Shown here: piece after piece, positions 54,215-63,700 of the stretch
How the letters are laid out: every line of letters begins with the position of its first letter
Numbering within the stretch: the first letter of the stretch is position 1
From: Deltaproteobacteria bacterium
GTDB lineage: Bacteria; Desulfobacterota; Syntrophobacteria; BM002
Length of the DNA: 64,000 bases
Assembly (NCBI GenBank): GCA_020353155.1
Contig: CP070689.1
Span: 1,038,302-1,102,301 of the forward strand
Direction: 5' to 3'
Notes under the pieces: model-generated
The model's database searches: none
The model's input: only the letters and a program-made list of their open reading frames with translations
What the model was told of the DNA's origin: nothing
Translations under genes and position numbers: made by a program

Positions 54215-54802
54215 TCACCACGCATGCGGTTGAATCCACTTTTTAACAGCGCCCGAAGACTGGTAACCCTCAAGCCGGCCTAGTTCTTTGCCAGATTGAA
54301 ACAGGACTAAAGTAGGAGTTCCACCTATTCGATATAAAGCGGGGACATGCTGATCCACATCAACATTTAATGAACCTACCTTAAGGCGGCCTTCGTAATC
54401 CTTGGCTATTTTGTTTATGGTGGGACTCAGTAGCTTGCATGGACCGCAATCGGGAGAAAAGAAGTTGACCAGAAAGGGCAGGGGTGAGCCCAATACGGTT
54501 TCAGTGAAGTTTTGATCTGAGAGCAGCAAAGGTCCAGCTTGAGTAGAAAAGTTCAAAATGAGGGGAGACTTACATTTTCCACAGATCGGCTGATCTCCAA
54601 CCTTATTGAGAGGGATTTTGTTGCTAGTTTGGCATTGCTTGCAGGAGACAATAAATGTTCCACTGCGAATAGGTGATGTATCCGAAAAAAGATGTTCCTT
54701 GCACTTGCCACAGTTGGGATTCTGTCCTAGCCTAGCTGATGGCAACTTATTTTTTGCGCCGCAATGGCTACATTTTATGCAGTAATCTGTGTTCCCCGCC
54801 AT
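54215..54802 (-). CDS. thioredoxin with two N-terminal zinc-ribbon modules (Trx2-like)
   Basis: CIKCSHC...CGKC and CKQC...CGKC, then a thioredoxin fold with active site DCGPC. Confidence 0.8.
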   Translation of the reverse strand: MAGNTDYCIKCSHCGAKNKLPSARLGQNPNCGKCKEHLFSDTSPIRSGTFIVSCKQCQTSNKIPLNKVGDQPICGKCKSPLILNFSTQAGPLLLSDQNFTETVLGSPLPFLVNFFSPDCGPCKLLSPTINKIAKDYEGRLKVGSLNVDVDQHVPALYRIGGTPTLVLFQSGKELGRLEGYQSSGAVKKWIQPHAW

Positions 54803-54826
54803 ATTTGTGAATCATCCCGAGATTCT

Positions 54827-54929
54827 GGTAAACAGTAAACGGTGATGGGTAAACCGATTATTCGCTAGTTCCGCAACCATTTACCATTTACCGTTTACTC
54901 TTTTTTTCGCTATGCGCCATGCGCTATGC
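54827..54929. repeat. ~100-nt dispersed element E, copy 2 (upstream of the thioredoxin gene)
   Basis: Paralogous to 26204-26300. Same orientation relative to the downstream minus-strand gene. Confidence 0.8.
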
Positions 54930-55053
54930 AAATGGAATATAAATTACATTAAGAATGAGATTGGTTCTGTCAAGAAGGGAAAGGATTGCGGATTTGTCCT
55001 TCGGACTCCCACCCTTCGGGCGGGTTCCCGGTTTCGGATTGCAGATTGCAGAT

Positions 55054-55821
55054 TTAGTCTAGGTCCAAATCAGGCGGTTGGGTCTTGGCGTAATCTTCAT
55101 CTTCTTCGGGCTCAACCTCGGGCTCAGGGCCGATGTTCTCTTTGACATCATCGGGTAAGGCACCGTAGTTAATTCGAAGATAAGGAGCACCAATACCGGG
55201 CGGGCGATTCTTGTCGTATTTTACAAGATCCCCGGGTGCTTGTTCGGTGGTGATGATCCGAACTCCCTCACTTCCACCTGCCACACAAACTGAGATCTGG
55301 TCATCTGGGAAGCGGGCCCAGAAGATATTTACTTGGGCTGCTCCTTCTTTGGACCAGCCAATGACGCGCCGCTCCTTCTGATCTTTACTTAGGATCAGCC
55401 ACACTTCATCACTCTTGTGAATGTCGGAGAGAAGACGAACTTTTTCCTTTTTTTCCTTCCTGGAAGTGTCTACCCCAACGTCGTAAAAAAAGGTGTTGAC
55501 AATCTTTAGAACATCGGGTGGTAGGTCACGAGGTTCTAGAGACATGTGGCTCAGCATCCATCCAGGCGGAAGGTCTTTTTCATCCGGATTGAAAGGGACA
55601 GTTTCCTCCGAGTTGGCCAGGATGCGAAGACCTGTGTCGCCGCCGACCACCAATAGATCGATGAAACCGCTAGCCAATTCAGCCCAAAACACGCTGAGAT
55701 CGCAGGGTCCGGACTTGGACCAGCCAACCACAATTCGGTGAAGTCGGTCTTCTAAACTGGGTAAAATAAGGTATCTAGTTTTATACGCGTTTGAAACAGG
55801 AAAAATAATTTCTTTCGCCAT
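55054..55821 (-). CDS. hypothetical protein with internal tandem duplication and acidic tail
   Basis: Two ~110-aa repeats sharing (V/I)GWSK(S/E)G, FWA and GG(D/S)xG(L/V)RI. C-terminal EPEVEPEEDEDY. Confidence 0.6.
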   Translation of the reverse strand: MAKEIIFPVSNAYKTRYLILPSLEDRLHRIVVGWSKSGPCDLSVFWAELASGFIDLLVVGGDTGLRILANSEETVPFNPDEKDLPPGWMLSHMSLEPRDLPPDVLKIVNTFFYDVGVDTSRKEKKEKVRLLSDIHKSDEVWLILSKDQKERRVIGWSKEGAAQVNIFWARFPDDQISVCVAGGSEGVRIITTEQAPGDLVKYDKNRPPGIGAPYLRINYGALPDDVKENIGPEPEVEPEEDEDYAKTQPPDLDLD

Positions 55822-56101
55822 TGTCCAGAACCCAACGGATTTGATTAGACAAAAATACTAGCAAAGATTAGGAATTTTTAGCAACAGGTAAATAGTAATC
55901 CCCCAATTCGTTTGCAATGCTTGTGCCAGCCAACAGTAGCTGCGGCTCAATTTAAGTTGATTTTGCTCTTGCCCTTTAAGGTCTTCTGGGGATAAATGTA
56001 GAAGGACGCTTTAGCCGCCCTAACAAAATTCGTTCTTCCTGCGTCGTGCTATGCTTTTAGCCTCTCGGGTGCCGCACTTGCCCTAATAGGACATAGATCA
56101 A

Positions 56102-57010
56102 ATGGATAGCAGGAATTTGGAGTCATGGCAAACGGTGGCCTGGAACGGAATCAGTATGCGAGTGCCTTCGCAGTGGGAGGTAAGCTCTTTGACAAAATCT
56201 TACCTTCAGCTGGATGACGGCATAGGCCCCGTACTTGAGCTCAAGTGGCAGCAGGTGAGAGGTGTCTTTTCCCACCAAGATCATTTGAAGAAGCTGGCTC
56301 GTCATTCCAGATCTGTTCCTGAACTAAATTTTCAGCAAACTTCTCTGCCAGAGGAGTGGCATCAAGCTTTGCGTCATTTTGAGACTCAGTACTTTGAGTG
56401 GCAGAGTGGGGAAGTAGATGGGAAAGGGGTTGTTTTGTATTGTCCGGCGAGTAAGCAGGCCAGCCTGCTGCAATTTTATCAGCAGCGGGGTTTAAAGGGC
56501 TCTGAGGTGCAACTGGGCGTGTTGGACTCATTTCGGGATCAATGTGAACAAAACATGGTAAGATGGTCATTGTTTGGCCTGAATGCGCTAATGCCCAAAT
56601 CGTTTGAGTTGATACGATATCGTTTTGAGCCGGGCCGCTACCAACTAGAGTTTAAGGATCGTCAAGAGTGTGTTGAACTTAATCGCTGGGGTCCAGCTGA
56701 TTTGCTTCTGAGGAAGAGTGATCTTCGCCACTGGTTTGAAGAGAAGTGCAAGGAACTAGACTGGTGCAGGTCGGCAGGCATCCGAGAGCGTAATTATCAC
56801 GGCAGCCCTGCTCTTTATGGAAAAAGCCGAGGTTCGAATAGCCTCACAGTGAGGCTTTGGGCAAGGATATCAAGGAAATTACCCCACGTGTGGTTTCGCA
56901 TCTGGCACCTTTCTTCTCGAAACCAGATTCTGGGTGTGGCGGCACGTGGCTTGAAATCTTTGGATGAATACTTGCTTGAGGAAATCTGCAGAAACTATGA
57001 TATGGCCTAA
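56102..57010 (+). CDS. hypothetical protein (302 aa)
   Basis: Long clean ORF. No recognisable motif. Its 3' end overlaps the next gene. Confidence 0.55.
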   Translation: MDSRNLESWQTVAWNGISMRVPSQWEVSSLTKSYLQLDDGIGPVLELKWQQVRGVFSHQDHLKKLARHSRSVPELNFQQTSLPEEWHQALRHFETQYFEWQSGEVDGKGVVLYCPASKQASLLQFYQQRGLKGSEVQLGVLDSFRDQCEQNMVRWSLFGLNALMPKSFELIRYRFEPGRYQLEFKDRQECVELNRWGPADLLLRKSDLRHWFEEKCKELDWCRSAGIRERNYHGSPALYGKSRGSNSLTVRLWARISRKLPHVWFRIWHLSSRNQILGVAARGLKSLDEYLLEEICRNYDMA

Positions 57011-57038
57011 AAGAAAAAAGCTGCAGAAGAATCACCTT

Positions 57039-57431
57039 ATGAGCGAACCTTCCACTAGATCAGAGGCTTTTGCCTATTTTCCGGTGAAAAATCAAGAGGT
57101 GCTGGAAGAGAGGCTGGAGGGGGGTGTAATGGTGTTAACCTATCCCCTAGTGATACGACCTTGGCTGGCAGGTGTTGCTCAGAGGCTTGGGTTGCGATCC
57201 AGAGAACCTCTAACCAGAAGGCTTCAACTTGATGAAATGGGTAGTCTCACCTGGAGTCTTTTAGACGGCAAACGCACTGTACAAGATGTTGTGGACTTTT
57301 TATCTCGCCGCTATAAACTAAACCGTAGGGAAGCCGAAGTTGCAACGACCGGATTTCTTCGCGAACTTGGTAAGCGGGGTCTTATTGGACTACGATCACC
57401 CCACGAGGAGGACAGAGAGAAATCCACTTGA
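57039..57431 (+). CDS. PqqD-family (RRE-like) protein
   Basis: LDEMGSLTWSLLDGKRTVQDVVDFLSRRYKLNRREAEVATTGFLRELGKRGLI matches the PqqD winged-helix pattern. ATG 56997 is an alternative start. Confidence 0.55.
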   Translation: MSEPSTRSEAFAYFPVKNQEVLEERLEGGVMVLTYPLVIRPWLAGVAQRLGLRSREPLTRRLQLDEMGSLTWSLLDGKRTVQDVVDFLSRRYKLNRREAEVATTGFLRELGKRGLIGLRSPHEEDREKST

Positions 57432-57489
57432 CAAAGAGGAGAACCTCTCGGCACCATGTAAACCCCTTTGACCAGGGAGGAGGTGTACA

Positions 57490-58413
57490 ATGCGTATAGT
57501 ATTGGTTGGGCAGGCGCCTTTTGGTGCTAAAGTACTGGAAGGGCTTCTGGAAAAGGGAGAAGAGGTGGTGGCAGCATATACCCCACCTGACAGGGGGAGT
57601 AGGCTGGACCCCCTAAAAGAAGCGGCACTAGCCAAAGGAATTGCGATCTATCAACCCGCAACCTATAAGGATGATCAAGTTTTCGCCGAATACCAAGACC
57701 TAAAACCTGACCTGACGATTTTAGCTTTTGTAACTGACATTATCCCTGAAAAGTTTTTTACTGAACCCTCTCGCGGTACCATTTGTTACCATCCTTCTCT
57801 TCTGCCACTTCACCGTGGCGCTAGCGCCATAAACTGGGCGATCATTATGGGTAGAGCCAAGACCGGTCTCACTATTTTTTGGCCGGACGGTGGAATAGAT
57901 ACAGGCCCAATTCTTCTCCAGAAAGAGGTGGAGATCGGAGCGGATGATACCACCGGATCCATCTACTTCAATCATCTTTTCCCTATGGGAGTTGATGCCA
58001 TCCTCGAGTCTGTCGATCTGATCAAAGAGGGCAAGGCCCCCAGGGTTAAACAGGCAGAAGAGGGAGCCACTTACGAGCCGCCATGTGATGATCGTGTGGC
58101 TGCCATAGACTGGGAAAAATCTGCCCAAGATGTTTACAATCTGGTGCGAGGCTGTGATCCACAACCTGGGGCTTATGGCCAGTTGAAGGGAGAGAAAATT
58201 CGGTTCTACGGTGCAAGGCTTTTGCTGGAGACAACGGAAGAGACGCCCGGTACGGTTTCAAAAGTTTATCCGGAAGGCTTTCAGGTTGCTCTAAAGGGAG
58301 GAAAACTGGCTGTCAGTAAAGTAAGGCCGGAGACTGGGGGCAAAATGGAGGCTGCGGCTTTCGCCTCGGAAAGAGGATTAGAAGTCGGAGATCGGTTTGG
58401 CAATGGCGCGTGA
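57490..58413 (+). CDS. formyltransferase family protein (Fmt / 10-formyl-THF-dehydrogenase N-terminal type)
   Basis: YHPSLLPLHRGASAINWAII and IFWPDGGIDTGPILLQKE, plus a C-terminal Fmt-like domain. Strong RBS AGGGAGGAGG. Confidence 0.8.
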   Translation: MRIVLVGQAPFGAKVLEGLLEKGEEVVAAYTPPDRGSRLDPLKEAALAKGIAIYQPATYKDDQVFAEYQDLKPDLTILAFVTDIIPEKFFTEPSRGTICYHPSLLPLHRGASAINWAIIMGRAKTGLTIFWPDGGIDTGPILLQKEVEIGADDTTGSIYFNHLFPMGVDAILESVDLIKEGKAPRVKQAEEGATYEPPCDDRVAAIDWEKSAQDVYNLVRGCDPQPGAYGQLKGEKIRFYGARLLLETTEETPGTVSKVYPEGFQVALKGGKLAVSKVRPETGGKMEAAAFASERGLEVGDRFGNGA

Positions 58414-58657
58414 GACAAAACCAGACAAAAAGGAGATGGAGGAGGAAAACCGCCGCATACGAACACTAAGACTTTTGGTGGATTTCTCCCTGGCTTACCT
58501 CGCCCAGACTAAATTGCCTCTAGAAGAGGCGCAGGCTGTGGTGGAAGGAGTTAAAAAACAGGCCCTGCGCCTTTTTCCAGAAAAGGAGGAGACCTTCGAC
58601 CTGATCTACCTTCCAAGATTTCGCCGTTTGCTAAGGGAGAAGTATCACCTGCACTAG
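58397..58657 (+). CDS. small charged hypothetical protein (86 aa)
   Basis: ORF overlaps the formyltransferase 3' end by 17 nt. No motif. Confidence 0.35.
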   Translation: MAMARETKPDKKEMEEENRRIRTLRLLVDFSLAYLAQTKLPLEEAQAVVEGVKKQALRLFPEKEETFDLIYLPRFRRLLREKYHLH

Positions 58658-58789
58658 AGTGCCGGGGCGAAAAGGTAGGACGAAGGACTATTACCCATAA
58701 CCCATGACCTGGCTGAAGAGACCGCTGCGTTTAGGGCTATGCACTCTGCCACCTTTTGAAAACGAATAGAAGGAATTGTGCTCAGACCT

Positions 58790-59575
58790 ATGAAAGAAAT
58801 TTACGTACGCTTGATGAACGAAGCGCGATGCATTGCATCCCGTTACGAGTTACCTGAATTCTACCGGCGATTCAAGCCCTCGCTGACAATTTCACGGCGT
58901 ATCTTTTTTAATAACCCCTTGCTAATTCACTGCAGAGAATTGATTACCCCGCAATATATCGGTGACTTTGGTCACGGACTGCAACATGCTACCAAGGTGA
59001 GTGTTGATGCAGGTACCATCGTTCTTTTGGAAGGCGAGAAGTATTTTACTGTCCAAGCAGAATTAGAGCGAGCGGTTGTGTTGGTTCAGCTCGCAGGACT
59101 TCTCCACGATATAAAAAGGATGGAAAACAAACACGCTTCCGCCGGTGCAAGAGCGGCTAGGGAAATACTATATGATTTTCCTCTAAGCCCCCTAGAGGTA
59201 AACTGTGTAGCAGAGGCCATAGCTAATCACGAAGCATTTTCCAAGCCCCAGACGTGCGAAACGCTAACAGGGCAGCTGGTAGCTGATTCGCTCTATGACG
59301 CAGACAAATTCCGCTGGGGGCCCGACAATTTTACCCATACAGTCTGGTATATGATGAGCTATCACCAAGTGGGCATAGCCGAACTGTGTGGCCGTTTCCC
59401 TTGGGGTGTGGATGGTATCCTCAAGATAAAGGATACCTTCAGGACTAACATAGGGGTTCAGTACGGCCCGGAGATCATCGATTTAGGAGTAAGGATCGGC
59501 AAGGAGATTTATCAACATCTCCAGCGATACCTGAATTCAATAGAGGTAGAGTTGAAGACAGAGTCTAGAGACTAG
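58790..59575 (+). CDS. HD-domain protein
   Basis: HGLQHATKV ... LAGLLHDIKR (H...HD). GTG 58778 is an alternative start. Confidence 0.65.
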   Translation: MKEIYVRLMNEARCIASRYELPEFYRRFKPSLTISRRIFFNNPLLIHCRELITPQYIGDFGHGLQHATKVSVDAGTIVLLEGEKYFTVQAELERAVVLVQLAGLLHDIKRMENKHASAGARAAREILYDFPLSPLEVNCVAEAIANHEAFSKPQTCETLTGQLVADSLYDADKFRWGPDNFTHTVWYMMSYHQVGIAELCGRFPWGVDGILKIKDTFRTNIGVQYGPEIIDLGVRIGKEIYQHLQRYLNSIEVELKTESRD

Positions 59576-59630
59576 TCCTAACGTAGAAATCAAGACGGGG
59601 GGCAAGATTGTCCAGGGTGAAAGGGATGAG

Positions 59631-60608
59631 ATGACTCTTACTGAAAACGCAGGCATCGAAGGGCTACGCATAGGCCAGGTGACAGACAAAGAGCATAACA
59701 CTGGTTGCACCGTTGTGCTGGCCGAGAATGGTGCCACTGCAGGGGTTGATGTCCGAGGAGGAGCACCAGGGACACACGGAACCGATAGCTTGAGACCGGA
59801 AAACCTAGTAGAACAACTTCATGCAGTGATCCTTACCGGTGGCAGTGCTTTCGGTTTGGCCTCGGTACAGGGAGTTATGCAATACTTGCGTCAAAGAAAT
59901 TGTGGCTTCCAAACCGAATACGGAGTGGTTCCTATTGTGAGCGGTGCGGTAATCTTCGATCTCGGCCTAAACAAGAGTGAAACTCTTCCTGACGCCGATA
60001 TGGGTTATCGAGCATGTGAAAACTCTTCAATAGAGGGAGCTGAGCAGGGATGCGTGGGTGCAGGCACCGGCGCTACAGTGGGAAAGCTTTTCGGACTTGA
60101 ACGTGCCATGAAGGGCGGACAAGGATTCGCCTCTCTGATTTCGCCTAATGGACTCAAGCTTTGGGCCCTGGCAGTGGTCAATGCTTTCGGTGACATTCGC
60201 AACCATGAAAATGGTCAGTTACTGGCAGGGGTGCGCACTAAAGACGGACTGCGATTGGCAAATACAGCCGCACGCCTGACTGAATTGGAGGTTTTGAGGG
60301 GTTTCTCGCCCACCAACACTGTCCTAGGTGTAGTGGGCACAAAAGCCACCCTTTCAAAAGCTGAACTCACCAGGGTGGCTCAAATGGCTCATGATCGTAT
60401 TGCTCGTGCCGTTGTTCCTTCCCACACTCTTTACGATGGTGACACGATCTTTGCCTTGAGTACGGGGTTTCATGGGGGAGTTGACACGAGCGTTGTTGGT
60501 GCCCTTGCTGCCCAGTTAATGGCCCAAGCTATTGTCAACGGTGTTGTACATGCTGTTGGGGTGGATGGCCTTCCCGCGTACCAGGACCTTTTCGGCAATA
60601 AGGCATAG
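59631..60608 (+). CDS. P1/S58 (DmpA-type) family peptidase
   Basis: NTGCTVVLAENGATAGVDVRGGAPGT and the TNTVLGVVGT nucleophile region. Confidence 0.75.
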   Translation: MTLTENAGIEGLRIGQVTDKEHNTGCTVVLAENGATAGVDVRGGAPGTHGTDSLRPENLVEQLHAVILTGGSAFGLASVQGVMQYLRQRNCGFQTEYGVVPIVSGAVIFDLGLNKSETLPDADMGYRACENSSIEGAEQGCVGAGTGATVGKLFGLERAMKGGQGFASLISPNGLKLWALAVVNAFGDIRNHENGQLLAGVRTKDGLRLANTAARLTELEVLRGFSPTNTVLGVVGTKATLSKAELTRVAQMAHDRIARAVVPSHTLYDGDTIFALSTGFHGGVDTSVVGALAAQLMAQAIVNGVVHAVGVDGLPAYQDLFGNKA

Positions 60609-60616
60609 GGCATAGA

Positions 60617-60815
60617 GCATGGGGCATAGGGTAAGGAATCAGAAGTCGGAGGTCAGAGGTCGGAAGACAGCAGGCAGCAGCCAGCGAGCAGCTGGCAGCA
60701 AGAAATCAGAGGCAAGAGAAAAGCGAGTTCCACGCTGATCTTTTACCTATAACGAATAACCTATAACAAATAAAGGGTAACATCTCGTACCGTTTACCGT
60801 TCACGGTTTACCATT
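60617..60815. repeat. right copy of the long inverted repeat (IR-R)
   Basis: Reverse complement of IR-L. Carries an extra 21 nt in the CAGC-rich module. Confidence 0.9.
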
Positions 60816-60882
60816 TACCTTCAACCGCAAATAAGATTTTATGAGTTATCTTTTTGCAATCAATGGAAATAGGAGTTAAGAC

Positions 60883-61449
60883 TTGAAACAAATTATCAAT
60901 TTCTTCTTCGAATTGGGGATGTTGAAGAAAACTCCAAGGAGTGGGTACCAATTTCTTGGTTCTGGAACTGAGTCTGTGGCTGATCATGCTTTTCGAGTGG
61001 CGACAATTGGCTTCACCATGGCGAGGCTGGACAAGGAAGCCGACGTCTTTACCGTAATGCGGATGTGTTTGTTTCATGATCTTCCCGAATCCCGCACGGG
61101 TGACCTAAACTATGTAAACAAGCGCTACGTTAAAGTTAAGGAGGACCAAGCTGTAAAGGATCTGGCCGAGACACTTCCTTTCGGCACAGAAATTCAGGAT
61201 TTGCTGGAAGAGTTCAAGGAAGGAGAAACGCGCGAGGCCCGATTGGCTCGGGACGCAGATCAATTAGATCTCATTTTGGAACTGAAGGAACATCAGGATT
61301 TAGGAAACCGCTATGCCAAGGATTGGATCCATTTCGCCCTCAAACGGCTGAAAACGGATTTGGGTAAGCGGTTGGCGGCGCAGATTCTAGAGACCGATTT
61401 TACAGCCTGGTGGTTCGAGGGGAGGGACCATTGGTGGAGTGACGAATAG
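60883..61449 (+). CDS. HD-domain phosphohydrolase (YfbR-like 5'-deoxynucleotidase family)
   Basis: ESVADHAFRVA and CLFHDLPESRTGDL. Confidence 0.7.
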   Translation: MKQIINFFFELGMLKKTPRSGYQFLGSGTESVADHAFRVATIGFTMARLDKEADVFTVMRMCLFHDLPESRTGDLNYVNKRYVKVKEDQAVKDLAETLPFGTEIQDLLEEFKEGETREARLARDADQLDLILELKEHQDLGNRYAKDWIHFALKRLKTDLGKRLAAQILETDFTAWWFEGRDHWWSDE

Positions 61450-61511
61450 CAAGCTATCGGCGAGACGGCCATATCCGTGGTTGCAGTAATCGATTCATGT
61501 AACATCCGGCC

Positions 61512-62573
61512 TTAGGCCACCGTGATGGAATTCTTCCCCACATCCTTGCTTCGATAGAGGGAATTGTCTGCCATTTGTAAGAGTTCCCTTTTGTCGGATG
61601 CATCAGTAGGATAATTGGCGATACCGAAGCTAGCGGTCAATTTGATAGTTAGGTTCAGGTCCTTTAGGTAAGTGGCATCCGCCAATGCCTTACGGATGGC
61701 AACCACTTTATCAAAAGCCAAATTTTTGTCCTGGCCCGGCAATATGATTACATATTCATCCCCACCATAGCGCACCAACCGATCATCTTGTTCTAGCCTG
61801 GAGGCTATAACCTCAGCAGCCTCTCGTAAAATCTTGCTTCCGAGCAAGTGTCCGTGTCTATCCACATGTTCCTTGAAGTTGTCCAAGTCAAGGAATACCA
61901 GCGAAACTTCCTGCCCTTGGTGCAGCAACTGGTCCAAATGCTGGTGCATGAAGCGGGTGTTGTAGTAACCTGACACGTCGTCGGTAATGCTCAGTGACTC
62001 GATCTTTCTGTAGGTGCGAGCATTATGGATAGCAATGGCTACATAATCGGCTAGTATGGAGAGGAGGGGCATGAAATTGTCTTGAAATAGAGACATGTCC
62101 TCAGGGTTTATTATTTCAATGACGCCGATCACCGCACCCTGCATTTTTAGAGGAAGACATATAATAGAGCGAGTGACGAATCCGGTGAGATCGTCTACTC
62201 TATTACTAAAGCGAGGGTCACGTCGAACCTCCGGCACCAACATTGGCTCACCCGAGAGCGCAACGGTACCTGCTATGCCCTCACCGAGCTGTATTCTCAC
62301 GTCCGCCAAGGAACCTTTGTCCAAACCAACCACCACCTCGAAATATAGCTCCTGGGTCTCAGGATCCAAAAGAAACAAGGTCCAATTCTTCGCCCTAATA
62401 AGCTCACTTAATCGTTTAAGTATGATAATTAGTATCTGGTCCATATTAAAAGTTGAGGTGAGTGCTTTCCCAATCTCAACGCAGGTCATTAGCTGTTGAA
62501 TGTAAATGGAGCTCTCTTCAGGTGAATTAGTGTGGGTGGGTAACAGATCTACTTCTTTGAATAGCTCATCCAT
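61512..62573 (-). CDS. GAF-domain diguanylate cyclase (GGDEF)
   Basis: GAF-like N-terminal half. RYGGDEYVIIL active site. Start placed at ATG 62573. The track ORF extends to TTG 62624. Confidence 0.8.
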   Translation of the reverse strand: MDELFKEVDLLPTHTNSPEESSIYIQQLMTCVEIGKALTSTFNMDQILIIILKRLSELIRAKNWTLFLLDPETQELYFEVVVGLDKGSLADVRIQLGEGIAGTVALSGEPMLVPEVRRDPRFSNRVDDLTGFVTRSIICLPLKMQGAVIGVIEIINPEDMSLFQDNFMPLLSILADYVAIAIHNARTYRKIESLSITDDVSGYYNTRFMHQHLDQLLHQGQEVSLVFLDLDNFKEHVDRHGHLLGSKILREAAEVIASRLEQDDRLVRYGGDEYVIILPGQDKNLAFDKVVAIRKALADATYLKDLNLTIKLTASFGIANYPTDASDKRELLQMADNSLYRSKDVGKNSITVA

Positions 62574-62795
62574 GGGCGATCCACTGCCTTTGTTATTGCC
62601 TATACACCTAATCAGGTAAAGCAACCTTCATGCCAACAGCAAGGTTCCCACTGGGTGATCCTAAGCTCTGCGGGTTGCCAAAGGGAAAATGCGTGACTGG
62701 TGGGATTGTTTTGCAGGATTGGAATGGTGGGTCTTGAACGAATCCGTATACCTATGCTACTTAAGATGGACACTATTGTGGAAAGGAAGTGCTAA

Positions 62796-63485
62796 ATGAG
62801 CAAGAGTGATCTGGAGGAGATCCTAGAGGATATCGAGAAGGACTATAAGACAGAGGTTGTTCCTATAACAGTGTCCGGACGGTCCTTGCGCTGTCTGCGC
62901 CTAGCCGACTTAGACGAGATAATCCTCGACCAGCTAGACACGGGTGACCTCGATGGGGCAGAGCTTCCCTTCTGGGGAAAAATCTGGGAGGCGAGTATCC
63001 TCCTGGCAGCTTATTTAGTAGCTCAGCCTGTGATGCCAGGGCGAAAGATCCTTGAGATTGGCACAGGCCTTGGGGTTAGTGGTCTTTTTGCGGCCGCATG
63101 CGGTCATGATGTAACATTATCTGATCACAAAAAGGAGATCATCAGATTCATTAGAGCAAATACTTTGTTGAACAAATTGGACAATGTGCCCGTTATTAAT
63201 GTGGACTGGGCCAAACCAACCTCAAACCAACTATACGATTGGATAGTGGGCTCGGAGGTGGTATACCACCGATCAACCTATGATTCCCTAGTGCAGTTTC
63301 TTAATCAGGCCTTGAAGCCTAACGGTACTATTTTTCTCGCCAAGAGCACCAGTCTACCGGCCAACGTCTTTTTTTCAAAACTCACTCAGTATTTTAAGTT
63401 TAAGAAACTGGACAAAGTAATGCGTTCTGGGGACCAAGAATTTGCCATAAGTCTCTATGCCATTAAGAGGAAGGAAGAAGTGTAA
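62796..63485 (+). CDS. class I SAM-dependent methyltransferase (Methyltransf_16-like)
   Basis: ILEIGTGLGVSGLFAAACGHDVTLSD SAM-binding motif. Confidence 0.7.
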   Translation: MSKSDLEEILEDIEKDYKTEVVPITVSGRSLRCLRLADLDEIILDQLDTGDLDGAELPFWGKIWEASILLAAYLVAQPVMPGRKILEIGTGLGVSGLFAAACGHDVTLSDHKKEIIRFIRANTLLNKLDNVPVINVDWAKPTSNQLYDWIVGSEVVYHRSTYDSLVQFLNQALKPNGTIFLAKSTSLPANVFFSKLTQYFKFKKLDKVMRSGDQEFAISLYAIKRKEEV

Positions 63486-63601
63486 TGCGCGAAGCGTAAG
63501 GTGCTTTGTATTGCCAGGCTGGAGGTCGGGCGAGACGGGCGAGACGAGTGGGAAGTCGTTAAAACCGTTCAAATCGTTCAAGTCGTTGAGGCCGTCCACA
63601 A

Positions 63602-63670
63602 CAGAGGTCAGAAGTCGGAGATCAGCTTCACCCTGACCTCAGACATCTGATCTCTGACCTCTTTTCTTTT
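63602..63670 (+). terminator. W2-family hairpin followed by a T-tract (terminator candidate)
   Basis: CAGAGGTCAGAAGTCGGAGATCAG pairs with CTGACCTCAGACATCTGATCTCTGACCTC, followed by TTTTCTTTT. Confidence 0.5.
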
Positions 63671-63700
63671 AAGGCTGCTAGCTGGACATTGGGGAGATCA

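Noticed and set aside
54032-60815. Composite transposon or genomic island interpretation of the IR-flanked block
   Set aside because: No transposase, integrase, recombinase or tRNA attachment site is visible in or next to the block. The repeats are members of the genome's own word-array family. The block is kept as an IR-flanked segment of unknown mobility (see findings), not called a mobile element.
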